From positions 21,773-85,772 of IMG/VR virus record IMGVR_UViG_3300010883_000011: a stretch of 64,000 bases of DNA; one strand, given 5' to 3'. A program made the position numbers and the translations under genes. Within the stretch, counting starts at the first letter, position 1, and each line of letters begins with the position of its first letter. Source of the DNA: a virus. This document shows positions 10,388-21,840 of this stretch, piece by piece. Under the pieces are notes generated by a model, which ran no database searches, was not told where the DNA came from, and worked only from the letters and a program-made list of their open reading frames with translations.

Positions 10388-10972
10388 GTGGCCGATAAAG
10401 AAACGCCGCCCACCGATCCGTCTACACCAACCGCCGAAGAGGCGGTGCCCCAAACTGATTCGCCTAACCAGAATGGCGCACCTACTAACGGGGCAGGTGA
10501 GCCAGCCGCGACGGCGGATTTTCAAGCACTCATGGAGATGCTTGTACCTCCAATGTCTATCACCGTTGTAGATATCTTTGGAGAAACCTACGAGGTTCCT
10601 TCTGCGATTCCAGCGAGAGCGCAGATCAAGGTGATTCGGCGCTTGGAGTCCATCAAAAGTCTTCCGGTGGCGAGCCAAATCAATTTGGAGGGCGGGCTTA
10701 ATGGGCCGGCGATTGCGAAGTTGATTCTGACGTTGGCGCAAGACCCACGGGTAATGGCGGCGCTTGCGGAATCGTTTGAGTTGGCACACCCTGCGCCGTT
10801 TGCCGCTACGAAGAAACGCGCTGAGACAGAGGGTACCCCATTTGAAGATGCCGCTGACTTGTTTCCCATTGAGGAAATCGTAGGTGCGCTTGTCCCTTTA
10901 TTCGTGCGCCTCGCTCAGAAGGCGGGGGCGGCAGTCCGGGGTCTGGGCGAGGTGACGAATCAAATGGTCTAA
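10388..10972 (+). CDS. Tail assembly chaperone (gpG-like)
   Basis: GGAGG SD, GTG start; between tail tube and tape measure. Confidence 0.7.
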   Translation: MADKETPPTDPSTPTAEEAVPQTDSPNQNGAPTNGAGEPAATADFQALMEMLVPPMSITVVDIFGETYEVPSAIPARAQIKVIRRLESIKSLPVASQINLEGGLNGPAIAKLILTLAQDPRVMAALAESFELAHPAPFAATKKRAETEGTPFEDAADLFPIEEIVGALVPLFVRLAQKAGAAVRGLGEVTNQMV

Positions 10973-11301
10973 CGTGGGAGGAGGTATACCAGCTTGCTGG
11001 TGGACTGTTCTCGTCTGGCTGGACGATGGAAGACATGCTCGATCTGACAATCGATCAGATTCAGTTTGTCTCTCACTCAATAGTGTCTCACAAGGTGTGG
11101 CAACTGAACTTGGTGTTAGAGCCGATTTCTCAGGCTCTTGATTCTGGATTCAACAAGGGGAAGGTGAAAGGCAAAAAAAACCAGAGACGCCAGACGCCAA
11201 GCAAGGCGCAGTCAGAGAAAACCATGACTCCTGAACAACAAGATGCGCGTCTGTCGCTCCAGCTTCAAATGATGGGGATGCCAATACACGACCCCAAATA
11301 G
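10894..11301 (+). CDS. gpT-like extension reached by -1 frameshift at C CCT TTA
   Basis: In-phase XXXYYYZ heptamer at 10894-10900; -1 frame open 10873-11301 with GWT.E..L.LT..Q. Confidence 0.65.
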   Translation, partial: PFIRAPRSEGGGGSPGSGRGDESNGLTWEEVYQLAGGLFSSGWTMEDMLDLTIDQIQFVSHSIVSHKVWQLNLVLEPISQALDSGFNKGKVKGKKNQRRQTPSKAQSEKTMTPEQQDARLSLQLQMMGMPIHDPK

Positions 11302-11363
11302 CGCAAATCGTTCGGGCTAAAGACCACCGCACGATATGATAGTTCTGCGCTATTGGGAAAGAC

Positions 11364-14300
11364 ATGCCAACTTCTGAAACTATTGCTCAACTTGCCGTCC
11401 GACTGGTCATGGAGGACCAGGACTTTCAGCGCAAGCTGACAGCAGCGCAGACCTCTACCACCAAGTTCAGCGGAGGCATCAAGAAGCTCGGCAACATGCT
11501 CGGCACCGTCTTGAAGCGGGCATTTGCAGCCGCAGCGGCATCGATGGCTGCATTTAGCGCCGCAACAATCGTTACCGGGGCGCGGTTTGAATACGAGATT
11601 CGAAAAGTTGCCGCGATCAGCAAAGATGGTTCTGACCGTATAGGGGATCTGACAGATAAGGCGCGAGAGCTTGGTTCCCAAACCTCGTTCTCGGCTACCC
11701 AAGCCGCCGAGGCCATGCTGAACTTCTCGCGTGCTGGTATGTCGACAGTCGACATCCTAAGCGCCACCCGCCCGGCCCTGTTGCTGGCCGAAGCTACTGC
11801 GTCCGATATGACGCTGGCAACGGAATCGATGGCTGCGGCTCTTAAGGTTTTCAACCTCACAGGGGATCAGGGTACCAGAGTAGCAGACGTATTTTCAGCC
11901 ACGCTACGCAACAGTCTGTTCAACCTACAGGGCCTCACGGACGGTATGAAGTATGCCGGTGTCGCGGGTTCTGCTTTCGGCATTAGCCTTGAGGAAACCG
12001 CTGCTGCACTGGCCACCTTTAGAAACCAGGGGCTTGAGGCGTCACAGGCCGGCGTGTATTTCCGGGCGATGCTGGCGAAGGCTGCCAACGTCACCCCGAA
12101 AGCTAGCGCGGCTTTGTCGGAGCTTGGCCTAACTGCACGCGACATCAACCCAGAGCTTCACGACTTTTCAACGATCATGCAGACTCTTGGGGACTCGGGA
12201 ATCTCAGCCTCACAGGGCATGAGGATCTTTGGGCAACGAGCCGGCGCGTCGGTCGCAAACATTGCACAACAGTTTCAGGCCGGGGCTACCGACTTTCACG
12301 ACATCACGGATTCAATCAGTGAGTCTGCCGGGGAGACGGAACGCATTTGGGAAGAGATGACCGATACGGTTCAGTATCAGTCCATCGTCGCAAAGTCGGC
12401 GTTCCAGGAGCTAATGCTCACGGTCTTTGACGTGTGGGGTGGTCAACTCAAAGAACTGTTCATGGCCCTCACGGATGTCATCAACTTCACGTCGATGTAT
12501 ATCCAAATGCAAACGACGCAGATGAAAAAGGACTTCGATGGTTCTCTTGGTTCTGTGATCGATATGCTGAAGAACAACAAGGAGGAAATCGCAGTAGGGT
12601 TCGTGAAGCTCTTGACCGTAATGGCGGATGTGTTCGCGTGGACAATCAAGATCATTCCGCATCTGGACAACATCTTCCGCATACTCTTTTCGATCTTTGT
12701 GGGGCTCAAGGTCACGGGCTTCGTGACCGCTATTTACACAGCCGTCATTCCCGCGCTGGCGGCTGCTGGGACGGCGGCTGCGTTCTGGGCAACGGCGGTG
12801 AACATAGCGACGTTCGGGGCGGCTGCGCTGGCTGGTGGAGTGATTGCCTTCGGTGTTGCCATGAGCGTGACAAGCGGCATGGTCAACGAGGCCGGTGGGG
12901 AGGTAGAAAGCCTGCGGTCGACCATGGCGGCTCTTGCCAGAGAAACAGAGAAACGGGAGTTCCATAACGAAGACGAATGGAACACGCTGATCTCAGACAC
13001 CAAGACGCACACCCAGGAGGTTCGCGCACAACTGATCGAGCAGGGAAATCTCAATCGGGCTCTGGATCGAGAGCTACAAATTCTTCTTCAACTGAATCCC
13101 GCAGAAGCGGAACGAATGCGACTCAATGGTCAGCTATTCGAATCCGAGGGACGACTCATCACTGTTCGTCAGGCGCTCATAAGTGGCGACGAAGCACAGT
13201 TGGCCGCGCTTGAAGCCAACAGGACAGCGATGGTTGAAAACATCGCCGGCCTGGAAGCCGAACGCCAGATGATGAACTACCGCCTCGCTGATATGCGGAG
13301 CATTCATGGAGCGCGTGTAGAAGAAGGCGATGTAACCGCGAACATGCTGCAACTGTTCAAGTTGGAGTACAACTCCGTTGAGGAGGTCAACGCGGCGCAT
13401 AAGGCCCTACGGGACTCCATCGTGGCCGAGGGTCAGGCGTATCTGAACCTTGAGCAACAGATCGAGGCTGTCAACCAAAGCATCGCCGAGCAACAAGCCG
13501 CGAGAAAGAAGCTGGCTGGCGAAAGGGCCTCTGCCGATGCTGCGCGTGCTTGGGCGAAACTGCAAAAAGATCGAATTTCAGCCGCCGAGAAAAGAGCCAA
13601 GATCGAAGCGGCACTTGAAGAGCGGGGCACGCTTGCCGGAGCCACTGCTCTTGAAACCTTCAAGCATCAGCTAAACGAAAGAACAGCAGCCATCACAACG
13701 CAGATTCAGGAAGAGATGAATCTGTACCATGGACGCCGTGGTAGCCAAGAGAAGCTGCTGGAGCTTGAGGTTGAGTTTTATCGCCTCGCTGATCTGGAAA
13801 GATCAACGAGTCGCCAAGAGATCCTGGCCGAAATGGACTCCCAGGAAGCGGAGTTCTCCCGGAACCGTAAGGGCGACATTCAGGACGAGAAAAATGCCAT
13901 TCTCACCCGCTATACAGAAGAACTGGACGCCATAGACGAATTGCACGCCAAGGCGCAGGCAACAATCGACGCGCAAAGCGACATGAACGTCGATCATTTT
14001 GCGGAATCAATGGCGTTGGCTAAAGAGACATCGGCACACCGCGAAGAAGCCGCCACCACCGTAGCCATACAGCTTTCCCGTCTCGACAGGGATCAACATG
14101 CTCTCGCGCAATCGGAAATCGCGGGGCTTACAGAGGGGAGACTCGATCAGACCAAGGCACTGGAACAGGAATATCGAGATTTCGTCTATTCGCTCCAGGT
14201 CAACGGCTATCAACTCTCACAGGAAGAACAGCAACGAATAGCCGACGAATTTCTAAAGCGACGACAGGCGCGAGAACTGCAAATCGCCGACAACGTCCGA

Positions 14301-16094
14301 GCCATCACAGGGGAGGAGTTGAGTTGGCGTGAGCAGGCGCAGCGCGAGTATTCAGACTGGGACAAAGAAAACTCGGACGCTACAGAGGAGCAGAAAGAAA
14401 CCGCCAGAAAGGCGTTGATGAAGAAGTTTCTTTCTGAAGAGCTACGAGAGCGTCTTGCGAAGCTGAAGAAGTACGCTGGTGCAGCTATCGCTGTTTTCAA
14501 GACGATAGCGAAAGCTGGGGCAGCGGTCTTCAAGGGCTTGGCGTCAGCGTCGCAGGCGGTATTCGGGCTCTTTCAGTCGATTTCTGGATTCTCGTTCAAC
14601 CTTGTTGGGATGATTGGCGACCTCACATCTGCGGCGCAAGAAGCCGGTGGCGCGTTCAACATCACCGAACAAGCGCAAACCATGGTCGATGACATGGTTG
14701 GCGGCGCGATCACCATGATGGAAATGTTTGTCGCTGGCGCTCCTATCTTGATCGCACGACTCGCAGAAAGCATTCCCGAGCTTATGCGAAAATTCGCTGC
14801 CGCCTTGCCACAAATCGTCCGGGCTCTTGCGAACGGTGTCCCAAACGTTCTTAGAGCAATCGCAAGCAACATCGGAATCGTGATCGACGCGCTCGCGTCC
14901 TCCATCCCGATCTTGATGCGTGGGGTGGGAGAGGCAATCCCCATTGTGGTCACTGCGATTGTCGAGGCTGTTCCGCAGATCATCTCGGCGATTCTTGAAG
15001 CGTTGCCTGCGGTGTTGTCCACCATTCAAGATGCCATTGGCCCGCTTATCGAAGCGATAGTGGGAGCGGTTGTTCAAATCGTCGCGGCGATTCCAGAAAT
15101 CATCACCATGCTCTTGGCGTCTCTACCAGCGATCATTGTAACGCTCATGGATGGGGTCACAGAGATCATACGTTCCGTCATCGAGGCGTTGCCGCTTATC
15201 ATCCTCGCTATTGTTGAGTCGTTTCCCTACATTATTCGGGCGTTGATGGAGGGGCTCGTCGGGCTTGTAGTCATGCTTGTGGAGATGATTCCGGTTCTCA
15301 TCGCCGAGATCATTAGCCTGATACCGGAGATTGTCCTTGCGCTCATCATGTCGATTAGCGAGATCATGACCGCTCTTGTTCTTGCGGTACCAGATCTCAT
15401 TATCGCGCTCGTACAAGCCATTCCTGTGATTATGGTGGCCCTGGTTGCGGCGATTCCAGAAATAGTCATGGCGCTCGTTTTCGGCATCGTCGGTTCCATC
15501 GGGCAAATTATCAGCGCGTTGGTGGTGGGCGTGATTGGCCGCATACCGGAGATCTTGGCAGAGGTCTGGCTGGGACTGATGGACCTTCTCTACAATGCCT
15601 GGGACAACATCATGGTCCGCATCAGGGAGTTTTTCGATAAGTATCTCGGATGGATCACAAATGTTTTCGGCGGAGGAGAAGACGGCGAAAAGGGAATGAT
15701 AGGTAAGGCGTGGGACGCGACCGTCGATGGCCTTAAATCCGCAGGCGAGAAAATGGCTGGCTGGTTTAGCTACAGCGGGATTGATTATGTCCCAGCCACC
15801 ATGCGTGTCACGGTCCATCCGGGTGAAGCTGTGGTACCAGCCGACCGCAACGCCAGAGGCGGGAAGTCGGGCCAGGGCGACCCCGCTACGCCGGGATATG
15901 GCCCCCCATCCGGCGGTGGGCAATCACAACCAATAGACATCGCAATCATGGCAGAGGGTAGGCTGTTAGATGCTGTCCAGGTAACCGCTATGCAGCGTGG
16001 ACATGCTCCCAAGATCACCCGCGAGCTTCGGCGTCAGAGCGGCGTGAAAGTGGGATTCAATCGCGGTAAGTTTCAATCTTGGAGTAAAGCCTAA
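11364..16094 (+). CDS. Tail tape measure protein (TP901-like core)
   Basis: 1576 aa; ARELGSQTSFSATQAAEAM core, long helical region, hydrophobic Pro-periodic repeats, HPGEAVVP tail motif. Confidence 0.95.
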   Translation: MPTSETIAQLAVRLVMEDQDFQRKLTAAQTSTTKFSGGIKKLGNMLGTVLKRAFAAAAASMAAFSAATIVTGARFEYEIRKVAAISKDGSDRIGDLTDKARELGSQTSFSATQAAEAMLNFSRAGMSTVDILSATRPALLLAEATASDMTLATESMAAALKVFNLTGDQGTRVADVFSATLRNSLFNLQGLTDGMKYAGVAGSAFGISLEETAAALATFRNQGLEASQAGVYFRAMLAKAANVTPKASAALSELGLTARDINPELHDFSTIMQTLGDSGISASQGMRIFGQRAGASVANIAQQFQAGATDFHDITDSISESAGETERIWEEMTDTVQYQSIVAKSAFQELMLTVFDVWGGQLKELFMALTDVINFTSMYIQMQTTQMKKDFDGSLGSVIDMLKNNKEEIAVGFVKLLTVMADVFAWTIKIIPHLDNIFRILFSIFVGLKVTGFVTAIYTAVIPALAAAGTAAAFWATAVNIATFGAAALAGGVIAFGVAMSVTSGMVNEAGGEVESLRSTMAALARETEKREFHNEDEWNTLISDTKTHTQEVRAQLIEQGNLNRALDRELQILLQLNPAEAERMRLNGQLFESEGRLITVRQALISGDEAQLAALEANRTAMVENIAGLEAERQMMNYRLADMRSIHGARVEEGDVTANMLQLFKLEYNSVEEVNAAHKALRDSIVAEGQAYLNLEQQIEAVNQSIAEQQAARKKLAGERASADAARAWAKLQKDRISAAEKRAKIEAALEERGTLAGATALETFKHQLNERTAAITTQIQEEMNLYHGRRGSQEKLLELEVEFYRLADLERSTSRQEILAEMDSQEAEFSRNRKGDIQDEKNAILTRYTEELDAIDELHAKAQATIDAQSDMNVDHFAESMALAKETSAHREEAATTVAIQLSRLDRDQHALAQSEIAGLTEGRLDQTKALEQEYRDFVYSLQVNGYQLSQEEQQRIADEFLKRRQARELQIADNVRAITGEELSWREQAQREYSDWDKENSDATEEQKETARKALMKKFLSEELRERLAKLKKYAGAAIAVFKTIAKAGAAVFKGLASASQAVFGLFQSISGFSFNLVGMIGDLTSAAQEAGGAFNITEQAQTMVDDMVGGAITMMEMFVAGAPILIARLAESIPELMRKFAAALPQIVRALANGVPNVLRAIASNIGIVIDALASSIPILMRGVGEAIPIVVTAIVEAVPQIISAILEALPAVLSTIQDAIGPLIEAIVGAVVQIVAAIPEIITMLLASLPAIIVTLMDGVTEIIRSVIEALPLIILAIVESFPYIIRALMEGLVGLVVMLVEMIPVLIAEIISLIPEIVLALIMSISEIMTALVLAVPDLIIALVQAIPVIMVALVAAIPEIVMALVFGIVGSIGQIISALVVGVIGRIPEILAEVWLGLMDLLYNAWDNIMVRIREFFDKYLGWITNVFGGGEDGEKGMIGKAWDATVDGLKSAGEKMAGWFSYSGIDYVPATMRVTVHPGEAVVPADRNARGGKSGQGDPATPGYGPPSGGGQSQPIDIAIMAEGRLLDAVQVTAMQRGHAPKITRELRRQSGVKVGFNRGKFQSWSKA

Positions 16095-19000
16095 TGCCAA
16101 CGACTCCAGGACCACAGCAGTTCTTCATTATGCCTGACCCCTATTTAGTGGGGAAAGACAATGTGACGGCTTTCACCAACGCGTCGGGTTCGTACCCGGC
16201 ACGGGCGGTGCCCGCGACGACGAATGAAGGATCTGGCTCCGCGTTCCTCACGGGCACCTACTCGACGCCAGCCGGTTTCAACATTCGTTGCATGGCGAGT
16301 GGGGGCGTCTATTCCGGTGGAACATGGGGATGGAAAGGCTCAAAGGAAACGCCGACGCAAACCTATGTCGCGGTCGATTACAACTCCTACCGCGCAGGCG
16401 AATCGGTTGATAGCTTTTTCTATAACTGGACGGGCTATTGGCGTGGCATGAATGACCTTCGGTATGGTCATGCGTACAACCCGCCAACCTTCACCACCGG
16501 AATCGTTCCATACACCGAAAAGTGGTACAGCCTGGACGGGTGCTACATCCCGCATCTTCGGCGCGAAATCTACTACATTACGCAATCGTCACTGACCATC
16601 ACTGCGGCTTATCGCGATGAACCGCATGTTCCTGGCAACGAGGAAAACTGGACAGTCAAGAACATCACCATCGCAGATACAGGGAACGATTTTTTCGTCG
16701 ATGAAACCTACCTGGGACGACCGGATTCCTTTTTCGCAGTTTGCGTATTGCGGGATGGAAAACTACGCATGGCGACGCGCCGTGGTTCAGACATCGACAT
16801 CTACGAAAGCACGGATGGTCTATCGTGGTCGAAGATCGCTGATGACATCGTAAACAGGTTCACGACGACACAGTGCCGTCAAGTAGAGCAGGTCTGTCTG
16901 GCTGCAAGCGGTGACTGGCTGCGTTTGTGCTGGGTAGACCACCACAAGGCGGCTTCTGCACCAACAAGCACCTACCCTGTAAGAACCCTAATCAGCGCAG
17001 ATCGTGGAGCATCTTGGGTAGAGGTAAACAACCCGGATGGGGCAGGGGAGATTTTCCCGTTTGAGATTGGTCGTGTCGCGAATCCATATTGCTATACGCT
17101 TGTTGCTGCTGACGACGACGCGGGTACCTTCATTCTGTACGCTGGACAAAGCACAAGCGCGTGTACCGTCTACACAGCGACTCGTGACGAGTCTTGGCTG
17201 GAGGCCCCGGAAATAGGTGGGTCGTCTGGTGTTCTGTTAGTGCATCCCTATTCTGTGGCCTACAACGCTGGCGGGGCGAGAGGGGCGGGCTGGATTTATT
17301 TCGTGCGTCATCAGCGCAACTTTGGGACGGATTGGGCCAGGAGTGACCAAACCGGGCAAGGTAGCTCTATAGCCCACGCTTGGGACAGCCCGTCCACGGT
17401 GGCCTTTTCTGGGTGGGACGATGGCGACACGCTTGAAGTCTGGTTGGTGGACCCGGCAAATATTCGTAGTGCCAAGGGTTGGAAGCGTCTGAAGCAAGAC
17501 AACAACCACAATGTCTGGGTGCCACGCGACAAGTGCAACATCACAGTTGTGAACTGTGGTTCCTACATGGGGATCTCCTGGTCAAACCTGGACAACTTCG
17601 CTTATACGCAGGACAACGAGGGTAACTATATCGCGTCGGGCGGGTATTTCCGTCTTGGTGGGTGGGATACGCGCCCCATCAAAGAAGCGTTCTCTCCCAA
17701 ATTCAGTCCGCCTGCTGTCGAGGAAGGTATCGCTCTAATGGGCGGTGCTGGGAACATTATTCCTCACCAACCAGGGCATGATCTTTACCGCATCAAGTGG
17801 TTCGCGTCGATGGGTATGCCATCGGCTGGTGGCGACAACTACCCGCTCCCAAATGCGCTCGGTACGATTTACCACGGATGGCCGTGGGAGGAAGTATTGA
17901 CAGCAGGCGCGGGCGGCTTCGCCTCGAATCCTGCCCATCTGTTGATCTACAGCGATACCGTCGTGGGTGGCGGTGACTATCAGTATTTCAAATATAACGG
18001 AGCCGAGTCCAACTCACGCGAATCGAATAGCTGGACTACTACCAGCACCATAAACGACGCCCCCGGTGGCTCCTGCATCGAATGGGTCTTCAACATGAAT
18101 GCGGGCGGTGATTGTACTCGTGACGAAGTTGCCCTAAAAGTGCGCGGGACACCCTGGGCGTGGGGTGGAAGCAACACACACGTCATGATTGAGGCGTACC
18201 ACGATTCGGGTTGCGTAGCGGTGTGGGACACCAGTGCCACTACAGAAGCCACAGCTACAGTCACAGTCGCGGACCCCCTAACTGCCGCTCCCGCAGACAA
18301 GATCACTATCGGCGGTATCGACTTGGTGGGTGTGGTCGGTCCAAGCCTGTTGGCCGACCAGTTTATGGTTGGTGCGAGTGCTGCCGCTTGTGCAACGAAT
18401 ATGGCGAGCGCCATCAATACCGCGACCAACAGTTTCACATCTATAGCGACCGCAACATCTGTTGGGAAAGTCCTGACCCTAACCGCAGTACCCACCGGCA
18501 CAAGCGGAAACTCAACAACCCTAACGGCTACCGTGGCGGTGGCTGGCGCTCTTGCTCCGTCTGGGGCTACATTTGCTGGCGGTCTTGATACTGCCATGCT
18601 CTTTGCCATCACGGGCGACATGGTGAACTACTGGTGGACGTTCCGGTTAGTGTTCAGGCCGATCCCAGGCACGAGCGGCACCACTGACGATACGCAGGTG
18701 TATTTCGCAGCACGCCGGAACGACCAGACATATTGGCGATCTAAGAAGACCGTTGTAACGCCCGCAACTGGTGTCAACCGAATCTCGCAGCACATCTCGT
18801 TCGGTCATCACGGTCTGGGGACGGGTGGAGCCGCCGGCCAGAACATGAGTCGCTGGAAGTCTGTTTCTGTCCTGGGGTTCAGCGATTGTGTGCAGACTGT
18901 TGGGACCACCGCTGCCCTATCGGCCCTGTGGACAACACCAGACAACACACGCGGCCAACTGATGGTTCAAGACCCGGTCTATATCGAGAGTGGGGCGAAC

Positions 19001-20062
19001 GCCCATTGGGTCGGGTTGGGGACATTTGAGAACGACCATTTTCTGGCAGAACCGGAGTACAACTTCCATCCAGGCAACGTGTTCCTTCAAAGCCCGCGTG
19101 TCCAGTGGCGTTCTACCTCTGACGGTTCAACCGCATTTGTGGGTTTCCAGGCAGCGTCCGGCAACACCTACCTTTCTTTTGACCACAACGCGTGCGCGGT
19201 ATTTGGGACTAACGTACCGGAAATCACGGTTCAGTACGACACCGACTCAACCTTTGCCTCACCACCAGCGACGTTCACGTTGGATGCGAAACTCTACGAT
19301 GGTCTACGGATCGCATCTTCTGGATATCAGAAGATCGTTCTGGACACCGGAAACGCCTCGCTACCCTCCGATGGTGAACTGGTTTCGGGTATGCCTCGCC
19401 GCACCAGAAACGCGCCAAGTACCACCTACATCAAAATTACAACCGGGTCCTACAGCGGAAAGGTGTACCGGATCATGCGACAAGTCGGTCAAACGACTCT
19501 TCACATCGATGATGTTGGAACCCCGTTTGCATCACTCGCGGGTCAAAGCTGCTTGATCTTCGGTGACCGGGCGTCTGTCGTTTATGGTAGCGGTGTTGAT
19601 TCATACCCGTACATGCGTCTGTCGATAACCGCGACAGAGACTGCGGAGGACTACTACAAAATCGGAACGGTAGTCGCGGGGATCTCGCTGCCCATTTCGG
19701 TTCCGATGGATTGGGCATTCCAAAACGCGCAGCAGCCAAACATCACCGAATACAGAACAAGAAGCGCGGTGAGGTGGGGGTTTGTAGAGGGGCCGCCTCA
19801 ACGCGTAATCAGTGGGCGCGTGATCGGCGATGTCCAACAATGGCGCGTAAAGTTCAGGCGCTTGCTACAACAAACAGCGGAGTATTCCAATCGATGTCTC
19901 GCGTTGTGTCTGGATGACCAGCAGCTAAACCATCAGGACTCATTGATTCTTGGCTATGTCTCAAGCGGCGGCGATCTGGACAATGCCGCATGGTACCTGG
20001 ACAGTGCTGGCACCTGGAGGTCCGCTGGGGATATCTCAATCCAGTTTGACGAGGATGTGTAA
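16094..20062 (+). CDS. Large tail tip/minor tail protein with beta-propeller-like N-terminal part
   Basis: Follows the tape measure; Asp-box-like S.DG.SW and SADRGASW motifs. Confidence 0.65.
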   Translation: MPTTPGPQQFFIMPDPYLVGKDNVTAFTNASGSYPARAVPATTNEGSGSAFLTGTYSTPAGFNIRCMASGGVYSGGTWGWKGSKETPTQTYVAVDYNSYRAGESVDSFFYNWTGYWRGMNDLRYGHAYNPPTFTTGIVPYTEKWYSLDGCYIPHLRREIYYITQSSLTITAAYRDEPHVPGNEENWTVKNITIADTGNDFFVDETYLGRPDSFFAVCVLRDGKLRMATRRGSDIDIYESTDGLSWSKIADDIVNRFTTTQCRQVEQVCLAASGDWLRLCWVDHHKAASAPTSTYPVRTLISADRGASWVEVNNPDGAGEIFPFEIGRVANPYCYTLVAADDDAGTFILYAGQSTSACTVYTATRDESWLEAPEIGGSSGVLLVHPYSVAYNAGGARGAGWIYFVRHQRNFGTDWARSDQTGQGSSIAHAWDSPSTVAFSGWDDGDTLEVWLVDPANIRSAKGWKRLKQDNNHNVWVPRDKCNITVVNCGSYMGISWSNLDNFAYTQDNEGNYIASGGYFRLGGWDTRPIKEAFSPKFSPPAVEEGIALMGGAGNIIPHQPGHDLYRIKWFASMGMPSAGGDNYPLPNALGTIYHGWPWEEVLTAGAGGFASNPAHLLIYSDTVVGGGDYQYFKYNGAESNSRESNSWTTTSTINDAPGGSCIEWVFNMNAGGDCTRDEVALKVRGTPWAWGGSNTHVMIEAYHDSGCVAVWDTSATTEATATVTVADPLTAAPADKITIGGIDLVGVVGPSLLADQFMVGASAAACATNMASAINTATNSFTSIATATSVGKVLTLTAVPTGTSGNSTTLTATVAVAGALAPSGATFAGGLDTAMLFAITGDMVNYWWTFRLVFRPIPGTSGTTDDTQVYFAARRNDQTYWRSKKTVVTPATGVNRISQHISFGHHGLGTGGAAGQNMSRWKSVSVLGFSDCVQTVGTTAALSALWTTPDNTRGQLMVQDPVYIESGANAHWVGLGTFENDHFLAEPEYNFHPGNVFLQSPRVQWRSTSDGSTAFVGFQAASGNTYLSFDHNACAVFGTNVPEITVQYDTDSTFASPPATFTLDAKLYDGLRIASSGYQKIVLDTGNASLPSDGELVSGMPRRTRNAPSTTYIKITTGSYSGKVYRIMRQVGQTTLHIDDVGTPFASLAGQSCLIFGDRASVVYGSGVDSYPYMRLSITATETAEDYYKIGTVVAGISLPISVPMDWAFQNAQQPNITEYRTRSAVRWGFVEGPPQRVISGRVIGDVQQWRVKFRRLLQQTAEYSNRCLALCLDDQQLNHQDSLILGYVSSGGDLDNAAWYLDSAGTWRSAGDISIQFDEDV

Positions 20063-21840
20063 TGGCGACAACTCCCGCGAATAGGCGAGGGGCTATCGTC
20101 GAACAATGGAGGGAGCGTTGGTATGGACCGCATGGTCGCTTCAATAGCGACTGGACGCTGATCCTCAACGAAGACCCGGTTCTAGACACTGTTTCTATGT
20201 GTATTGATCTGGTGTTCGGGCCAAACATACGTCTACGCGTCTCGACTAAGCCGCTCACCCTCAAGGACGTTCTTCGGACAGGTGATCCGAAACGTGGCTA
20301 TCTCCCGTTATTGATGGAGGAGCCATCTATCACGATGGACTACTCTATCGGAAGTGGCGCGGCATCCTTGCGTTCATTTAGTATCAGCGTGAGCGAGCAG
20401 CTTCTCGATCCGTGGGACATCATTCGAAAGGGAGGGATGCTCGCTGGTTGGGCAGAGGTATTCCTGGCTCAAGACGGAATGAACTTTGAAGATCGATTCG
20501 TCATAATGCGTGGAGACATGGCGGGGGGAATCACGTTCGGTGGGGTAGACGAAATGCTGGAAGTCGAGATCGTAGATCCATCACTCACCATCGACTACAG
20601 CATCACGCCCTATGTCTGTTATCGTAAAAATGAAACCTCTACATCAATGCCAGACGCCAACTTCGGTGACCTTCCAGACGAGGCTGTTGGGCAACGCTTT
20701 CCGTTGATCATAAATGGCTATCCCTTCACGGAGTGTCTGCGTCTTGATAGGTCGGACTATCCGATGTTCATGGCCTGCCTTGGAACCAAATTTGCCAGCA
20801 CGACGCTCTATATAGACGGGGTTGTCAGTGGAAGTTTGTCGCTTTCGGCATCAACATCACTGGATGGCATCGTGTTTCTTTCTGTGCAGTCTTCTGCGGC
20901 CATGCCGCTTGACGACACACAAACCGTTCACGCGAGCCTTGTTGCTACCGACGACCCAAAAGACGCCATTGACTGTATTCGCTACTTAGTGGAGACATGG
21001 AGCCTTATGGGCCCCGCTGGAACCAATGACGAATTGTTCGAATTGGCGAAGGCGAAATTCCCAGCCACCGGGTACCCATTCATTCTCATAAATGGTTCCA
21101 GCACAAATAATGGCGCGAAGGCGCTTGAGTACATTGAGTCTACGTTGTGTGGCGAATTTCCGATGATAAGCATGACTTATTTTGGGGGAGGCTACGGTCC
21201 CATCGTGACGGACAGACGTAGCAAGTTGATTCGCGGGCGATTTGTCGTTGGGCAGTATCCATTCGTTGACCGCAATACCGCGTTTCAAGAAACCTCTAAG
21301 AGTGAACTCTACAACCGTTTCGTTATCAAGTATAAATACAACGCGATGGACGATACCTGGGGTGGGGCTATCGTGCGCGACCCGTCAAACAGCAGCTTCT
21401 GTTTGTTGTCAGAGGCTATGACAGGGCCACGCGACTACGCAACAATGGAATGCATCACTGTTCATGATGACAGCACGGCTGGCTACATAGCGGATTGGCT
21501 CGTGACACACTTCGCGGTTCCGAGCTACTACGTCGAATATGATTGCTACGGTGGGGCGCTCATGGCTTTACGCCTTGGCGACAACATCAAGATCCTTGAG
21601 CCAGACATTCACGAAACCGATTATCTGGATGCGACTGTCGAGAAGATAGAATACTCCTCCGGTAAATGCGTCGTTGGAATCAGGCTGTGGGTTCTCTACC
21701 CGGATCTTGGAGGAGCCTCGACTACTGGTCTAACCATTGGTGGAAAAGAAGAAGAAGACGAAGAGGGGGTAGGGGGTGAGGAAAAGAAAGCGCAAGAAGT
21801 CGATGAATACATCACCGGAGACTGGTTCACGGGGTGGTAA
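20062..21840 (+). CDS. Putative tail hub/baseplate protein
   Basis: Position; C-terminal LRLGDNIKI...VEKIEY pattern typical of hub proteins. Confidence 0.55.
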   Translation: MATTPANRRGAIVEQWRERWYGPHGRFNSDWTLILNEDPVLDTVSMCIDLVFGPNIRLRVSTKPLTLKDVLRTGDPKRGYLPLLMEEPSITMDYSIGSGAASLRSFSISVSEQLLDPWDIIRKGGMLAGWAEVFLAQDGMNFEDRFVIMRGDMAGGITFGGVDEMLEVEIVDPSLTIDYSITPYVCYRKNETSTSMPDANFGDLPDEAVGQRFPLIINGYPFTECLRLDRSDYPMFMACLGTKFASTTLYIDGVVSGSLSLSASTSLDGIVFLSVQSSAAMPLDDTQTVHASLVATDDPKDAIDCIRYLVETWSLMGPAGTNDELFELAKAKFPATGYPFILINGSSTNNGAKALEYIESTLCGEFPMISMTYFGGGYGPIVTDRRSKLIRGRFVVGQYPFVDRNTAFQETSKSELYNRFVIKYKYNAMDDTWGGAIVRDPSNSSFCLLSEAMTGPRDYATMECITVHDDSTAGYIADWLVTHFAVPSYYVEYDCYGGALMALRLGDNIKILEPDIHETDYLDATVEKIEYSSGKCVVGIRLWVLYPDLGGASTTGLTIGGKEEEDEEGVGGEEKKAQEVDEYITGDWFTGW

